Source: Candidatus Latescibacterota bacterium
GTDB lineage: Bacteria; Latescibacterota; UBA2968
Assembly (NCBI GenBank): GCA_965205975.1
Contig: OZ242195.1
Span: 3,392,001 to 3,456,000, forward strand
Reading direction: 5' to 3'
DNA length: 64,000 nucleotides
Positions within the stretch are counted from its first letter, which is position 1. Each line of letters opens with the position of its first letter. Positions 59,566 through 64,000 of this stretch are shown piece after piece. A program made the translations under genes and the position numbers. The notes under the pieces were generated by a model that worked only from the letters and a program-made list of their open reading frames with translations, had not been told where the DNA came from and searched no databases.

Positions 59566-60327
59566 TCACCGACAACAGCGGAACCCGATATCCTTGCCCT
59601 GCCATCTGGGACTGAGTCTTCCGCGCTCCTGCACCCGCACGGCTGGTGCGCCATTTACCCAACTGCCGCCGCGCATCACCCGCAAGCTCCCGCTCTCTGG
59701 ACCCGGGGGATTTTCCCGCGGACTATTGCGATAATAATCCACGCGGTGCCAATCCGCCACCCACTCCCACACATTGCCCGACAAATCCGCCACCTCAAAA
59801 GGACTCATACCATTGGGAAAACTACCCACAGTCGCGGGCTTGCCCACCTGCCCATTAAAATTCAACCGCGTCGGATCGGGATCCTCATTGCCCCAAGGAT
59901 AAATACGTCCATCGCCACCCGCGGCCTTTTCCCATTCCGCTTCGGAACACAACCGCTTGCCTGCCCACGCGCAAAAATCCTGTGCATCAAACCAGGTCAC
60001 ACCAACCACCGGTTGCCGCGCGGCATTAAACCCCACAGAATCGGCACACGCCGAAGGATCGCGTCCTGTTGTCGCAACAAATAACCTGTAATCCGCGTTC
60101 ACCACCTCAAAGCGATCAATCCAGAAAGCATCCAAAAACACCACATGCTCGGGACCTTCATCCCGCCCAAACTCATTGGTCCCCATCACAAATTCGCCCG
60201 CTGGAATTTCAATCATCGCCGCAACCAACTCGCCCTCTGATTCTGGCTGAACGGGATAATCATCTCCACAATTAGCTATCAATCCCATCCCAATGAGCAC
60301 GCGCAAAAATTTCAAAATATCGCCCAT
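59566..60327 (-). CDS. FGE-sulfatase (SUMF1-fold) domain lipoprotein
   Basis: Lipobox-like IANC, RLCSEAEWEKAA, GNVWEW, RGGSW, IGFRC. Confidence 0.85.
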   Translation of the reverse strand: MGDILKFLRVLIGMGLIANCGDDYPVQPESEGELVAAMIEIPAGEFVMGTNEFGRDEGPEHVVFLDAFWIDRFEVVNADYRLFVATTGRDPSACADSVGFNAARQPVVGVTWFDAQDFCAWAGKRLCSEAEWEKAAGGDGRIYPWGNEDPDPTRLNFNGQVGKPATVGSFPNGMSPFEVADLSGNVWEWVADWHRVDYYRNSPRENPPGPESGSLRVMRGGSWVNGAPAVRVQERGRLSPRWQGKDIGFRCCR

Positions 60328-60429
60328 CGCAGCCTCCTGAATGACATCACCAAAACAGCGGCATCCGAAAGAGGTTGTTTGTTCTCGAAATCGCGTTTAT
60401 TTTTGCGTCTGAAAACTGAACAAAAAACT

Positions 60430-60491
60430 TCTGGATCGCGGCTCAACATCATAGCCTGCCCCGTAGTGCTTTTATACGGGGCCGCGATGAC
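60430..60491. repeat. REP/MITE family copy with nested hairpin
   Basis: TCTGGATCGCGGCT...GCCCCGTAGTGCTTTTATACGGGGCCGCGATGAC. Confidence 0.7.
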
Positions 60492-60531
60492 AAAGGTGGA
60501 TTGCAGTCCTGTGAATTAAGCCGGAGAAACC

Positions 60532-61035
60532 ATGAACAAAGTCACCACATATTACCTCGAAATGAAATCGCCATCTTCCCTGAAAGAAAAAACGAAATCA
60601 AACGGACTGCAAGTACACGAATGCGAAATCAAACAATATCAATTTAACAAATTTCTATATCAATTCATAGGCGGACCCTATGAATGGACAAATAAACTCT
60701 CCTTGTCAGATGAACAATGGAAAGCGCACGTAGAAAACGACAACCTGAGAACATGGCTCGCGCAGTATAAAGGCGCGCCTGCCGGATACTACGAACTCCA
60801 CAAGCAAGACAATGGCAACGTCGAAATCCTCTATTTTGGCCTGGCTACCAAATTCATCGGACAGGGCTTTGGAGGTTATCTCTTATCCCATGCAATAAAA
60901 TCAGCCTGGAAATGGGGACAAACAAAAAGAGTATGGGTGCATACCTGCACCCTTGACCATCCACATGCACTGCAAAATTACAAATCGCGAGGCATGGAGG
61001 TCTATCGCGTAGAGACTACTAACCACGAACCTTAA
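60532..61035 (+). CDS. GNAT family N-acetyltransferase
   Basis: YFGL...FIGQGFGGYLL...RVWVHTCTLDHP.AL.NY..RG. Confidence 0.9.
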   Translation: MNKVTTYYLEMKSPSSLKEKTKSNGLQVHECEIKQYQFNKFLYQFIGGPYEWTNKLSLSDEQWKAHVENDNLRTWLAQYKGAPAGYYELHKQDNGNVEILYFGLATKFIGQGFGGYLLSHAIKSAWKWGQTKRVWVHTCTLDHPHALQNYKSRGMEVYRVETTNHEP

Positions 61036-61044
61036 GGAGAACCC

Positions 61045-61779
61045 ATGAGACTACAAAACAAAAACATCGTCGTAACGGGCGGTGCATCGGGCATAGGACA
61101 GGCAGCAGCGAGATGCTGTGCCCGGGAAGGCGCGCGCGTAGCCGTTGTAGATCTGGACGGAGCGGGCGTGGAACGCACGGTTCGAGAAATCGAAAACGCG
61201 GGAGGCAATGCGACGGGATTTCACGCAGACATAAAAGAAGAAACTCAGGTACGCGCACTCTTTGAAAATATCGGCAATGCCTTTGGACACATCGACGGCT
61301 TAATCAACGCCGCTGGCATCCTCGAAGGCGCGTTCGTACCCGTCGATGAATTTGATGAATTTACCTGGGACAGAGTCATAGACATCAATCTAAAAGGAAG
61401 TTTTCTCGTCTCAAAATACACCGTGCCACTGATGGAAAAAGCCGGCAAAGGCGTCATCGTACTCATCGCCTCTGGCGCGGGCGTCAAAGGTGGCAGCTCA
61501 TCCATCGCCTATGGCTCCAGCAAAGGCGGTGCCCACGGCCTCTCCCTCGTATTGGCAGCCCAACTGAGCAATCGCAACATCCGCGTCCATGGCGTATGTC
61601 CCGGCGGGATCGAAACGCCACTCAAAATGCGCGTCGTACAAAAACAAGCCGACACCTCGGGACGCGATGTCTCAAAAATGGCAGCCGGACTCGGCGACCC
61701 CGAAGGCGTGGGCAAAATACTGTCCTTCCTCGTATCTGATGAAGCCGACTATCTTCGCGGCAGCATCTTCACGCGATAG
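61045..61779 (+). CDS. SDR family oxidoreductase
   Basis: TGGASGIG, NAAG, YGSSK. Confidence 0.9.
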   Translation: MRLQNKNIVVTGGASGIGQAAARCCAREGARVAVVDLDGAGVERTVREIENAGGNATGFHADIKEETQVRALFENIGNAFGHIDGLINAAGILEGAFVPVDEFDEFTWDRVIDINLKGSFLVSKYTVPLMEKAGKGVIVLIASGAGVKGGSSSIAYGSSKGGAHGLSLVLAAQLSNRNIRVHGVCPGGIETPLKMRVVQKQADTSGRDVSKMAAGLGDPEGVGKILSFLVSDEADYLRGSIFTR

Positions 61780-61790
61780 GAGACCAGACC

Positions 61791-62654
61791 ATGCGCTTAG
61801 GTGTTGTTGGCCTTTTACCCCGGGATTTTCGCACCCTGCAATCGCCACATCTTCAGATCATCCAGGACCTCAGATTCACCGGCGGAGCCTTTCACTTCCC
61901 CGCAGAACTCTGCGAAGAAATCACAACCGCCGACACGGACCGGTGCCGCGCACTTTTTGCCGAACACAACCTCGACCTCGCCCAATTCTCCATCACATAC
62001 CCCGAATGCCTCTTTGATCCAGATCCAGAAATCCGAAACGCAATCATCCGCAAAATGAAAAAAGGTGCAGAAATCGCCGCGGGCTTATCTGCACAAACCT
62101 ATCTCCTGCGCCCGGGCAGCCGCAACCCCGTCGGAAGCTGGACGCCCCATCGCCAAAACCACACGCCAGAAGCATGGGATCGCCTCATTGAAACCCTGCA
62201 AAAAATCGCCCCCACCCTCGAACAAAACGGCGTCACAGTCGTCATGGAAACCCACCTCGTCTCCATCCTCAAAAACCCGGAAACCTGCCGCAAAATGGTC
62301 GAAAACGTCGGATCGCCCAACCTGCGCCTGGTCATGGACTACGTCAACCACTTTGAAACCCTGAGCCAGGTCTATGCCAGCACCGACCGCCTGGACCACA
62401 TCTTCTCCCAAATGGGCGCCTATTCCCCTGTCATGCACATCAAAGACATCGCCATCGGCAGAGGACTTGTGGTCCACCTCGACGAAACCGTACCCGGCAA
62501 CGGCGAACTCGACCTCGCCCACTGCTTCCAACATTTCCAGAACCACCACCCCAACAACTACGGCCTCATCGAACACCTCAAACCCGACCTTATCCCCGAA
62601 GCCGCTGCAAACACCCGCGCCATCGCCACCCGCGCTGGTGTTCCGATAACATAA
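61791..62654 (+). CDS. Sugar phosphate isomerase/epimerase (TIM barrel)
   Basis: METH, MDYVN, MHIKD, PGNGELD, IEH. Confidence 0.85.
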   Translation: MRLGVVGLLPRDFRTLQSPHLQIIQDLRFTGGAFHFPAELCEEITTADTDRCRALFAEHNLDLAQFSITYPECLFDPDPEIRNAIIRKMKKGAEIAAGLSAQTYLLRPGSRNPVGSWTPHRQNHTPEAWDRLIETLQKIAPTLEQNGVTVVMETHLVSILKNPETCRKMVENVGSPNLRLVMDYVNHFETLSQVYASTDRLDHIFSQMGAYSPVMHIKDIAIGRGLVVHLDETVPGNGELDLAHCFQHFQNHHPNNYGLIEHLKPDLIPEAAANTRAIATRAGVPIT

Positions 62655-62697
62655 AAAACGGCGTCCAATCAAAAGATCGGACGCCGCGAAAAATAAG

Positions 62698-62820
62698 TCA
62701 ATTCGGAGAAATCCAGCGCTTTTTCCACTCTCGCATAATGTGAAAATGCTGTTGCACCTTATGATAACGGCGCAAAATCTCGAGCACCTTTAACCGCAAA
62801 ACATACTTTTCCTGTTCCAT
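62698..62820 (-). CDS. Possible 40-aa basic peptide
   Basis: GGAGAGG RBS before ATG; no motif. Confidence 0.3.
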   Translation of the reverse strand: MEQEKYVLRLKVLEILRRYHKVQQHFHIMREWKKRWISPN

Positions 62821-62872
62821 AACGCCTCTCCCGATTGTGATAGTTGAGCGATTGCCCATTCTCCCAGCCCCC

Positions 62873-62933
62873 TCTGGATCGCGGCTCAAGCATGCCCCGT
62901 AGTGCTTCTATACGGGGAACATGCCGCGATGAC
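62873..62933. repeat. REP/MITE family copy with nested hairpin
   Basis: TCTGGATCGCGGCT...GCCCCGTAGTGCTTCTATACGGGG...CATGCCGCGATGAC. Confidence 0.7.
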
Positions 62934-62954
62934 GGGTTTCATCCTTCACACTTC

Positions 62955-64000
62955 CTACTTCACACTTCTATCTCCTTCCCGATACCGATCCAAAATCCCC
63001 AGCAACTCTTCTGCCACCTCCGACTTTTCCAAGAATAAATTATACTGCTCCTCTGGATCGGATACCATATCGTAAAGCTGCATCGGCGGTGCATCTTCTG
63101 GCACATCTGCTTCTTTCAAACTCCAGCCACCCGACCCACGACACGCCACCAGCTTCCACTCATCTTTGCGAATCGCAAACTCCCCGCTAATCGAATGATG
63201 CACCGTCGCCTCCCGAATCGTATCCTCCTGATCGCCCCGCATATACGGCAAAATATCATAACTATCCTCACCCGCATCCCCTGGCAACTCCACATCGCAA
63301 ATCCCGGCAACAGTCGCCAGCAAATCCGTCAAACACACCGTCTTATCACAACGCGACCCCGGCTCAATCACCCCCGACCACGAAGCAATAAACGGAATGC
63401 GATGCCCGCCATCCCACGCATCGGACTTCTGCCCCCGATAAATATAATTCCCCAGATGATCGTACTTCTCCTTCAACCCTATCGGCTCTTCGTGACAGCC
63501 ATTATCACTCGTCACAATAATCAGCGTATCATCTCCCAACCCATTGCGCTTAACCGCCGACAAAATCCGCCCAACGCTCCAATCGTGCTCCGTCACATAA
63601 TCCCCGTATTCCCCCGCCTGGCTTCGCCCTGCAAATCGCCCCCGTGCAAAATGCGGCGTATGCGGCGAAGGCGCTGGAAAATATAAAAAGAACGGCTTAT
63701 CCCCATTCTCCTTCGCGTGTTGATTGATAAACCCCTCGGCGCGAATCGTCAACTCCAGCAAACACGTATCATGCATAAACCCCGGCGCACAAGCACCCCC
63801 GCGCCAAAATTCTGGCCTCGGCGAATCCGCAGTCTCCTCAACAGGTTGCTCCACCACCACCCCATCCTCAATATAACAATACGGAGCCATATCCAGCGAC
63901 GCCGGAATAATAAACGAATAATCAAAACCCACCGTATGGGGTCCATCCGTCAACGGCGCAGAAAAATCCACCGTCTCCCCATTCGCCCGCTCCGCACCAT
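62955..64000 (-). CDS. Arylsulfatase family protein (5' part outside window)
   Basis: GFDYSF, SPHTP, TSDNG, RGQKSDAWDGGHRIP. Confidence 0.88.
   Translation of the reverse strand, partial: GAERANGETVDFSAPLTDGPHTVGFDYSFIIPASLDMAPYCYIEDGVVVEQPVEETADSPRPEFWRGGACAPGFMHDTCLLELTIRAEGFINQHAKENGDKPFFLYFPAPSPHTPHFARGRFAGRSQAGEYGDYVTEHDWSVGRILSAVKRNGLGDDTLIIVTSDNGCHEEPIGLKEKYDHLGNYIYRGQKSDAWDGGHRIPFIASWSGVIEPGSRCDKTVCLTDLLATVAGICDVELPGDAGEDSYDILPYMRGDQEDTIREATVHHSISGEFAIRKDEWKLVACRGSGGWSLKEADVPEDAPPMQLYDMVSDPEEQYNLFLEKSEVAEELLGILDRYREGDRSVK

Noticed and set aside
59566..60327. Formylglycine-generating enzyme for the window's sulfatases
   Set aside because: Lacks the two catalytic cysteines after RGGS (RGGSWVNGAPAVR); only the fold is supported

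Overview
64-kb bacterial chromosome segment. Its sulfatase-rich catabolic genes, dockerin/EF-hand-tailed secreted proteins and strong C/A-rich plus-strand skew resemble uncultured Latescibacterota/Poribacteria-like marine or sponge bacteria (inference only). From left to right it holds: a Hen1-Pnkp RNA-repair operon; an AT-rich islet of small self-promoted genes and candidate sRNAs (8.7-10.9 kb); housekeeping and catabolic genes (gdh, dksA-like, polX, sulfatases, CBS-korA-korB::CBS); a selenium operon; msrP and gltA; and a complete type I-C CRISPR-Cas locus (cas3-5-8c/11c-7-4-1-2, 35 repeats/34 spacers) followed by a toxin-antitoxin cluster. The selenium operon encodes a WASW-U-GC redoxin selenoprotein, Sec-containing SelD and tRNA-Sec, and the ORF track splits both selenoproteins at UGA. 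Most unusual observations: (1) a short uORF heading the selenium operon that is a diverged copy of the SelD N-terminus including its UGA, followed by a SECIS-like hairpin and an RBS-occluding hairpin (candidate selenium-sensing leader); (2) the whole CRISPR-Cas locus is bracketed by two diverged direct copies of an antitoxin-like gene + PD-(D/E)xK nuclease + terminator module, each scrambled into a different chimeric ORF; (3) a lone CRISPR-repeat-like hairpin between cas3 and cas5; (4) two similarly built sRNA candidates in the AT-rich islet.
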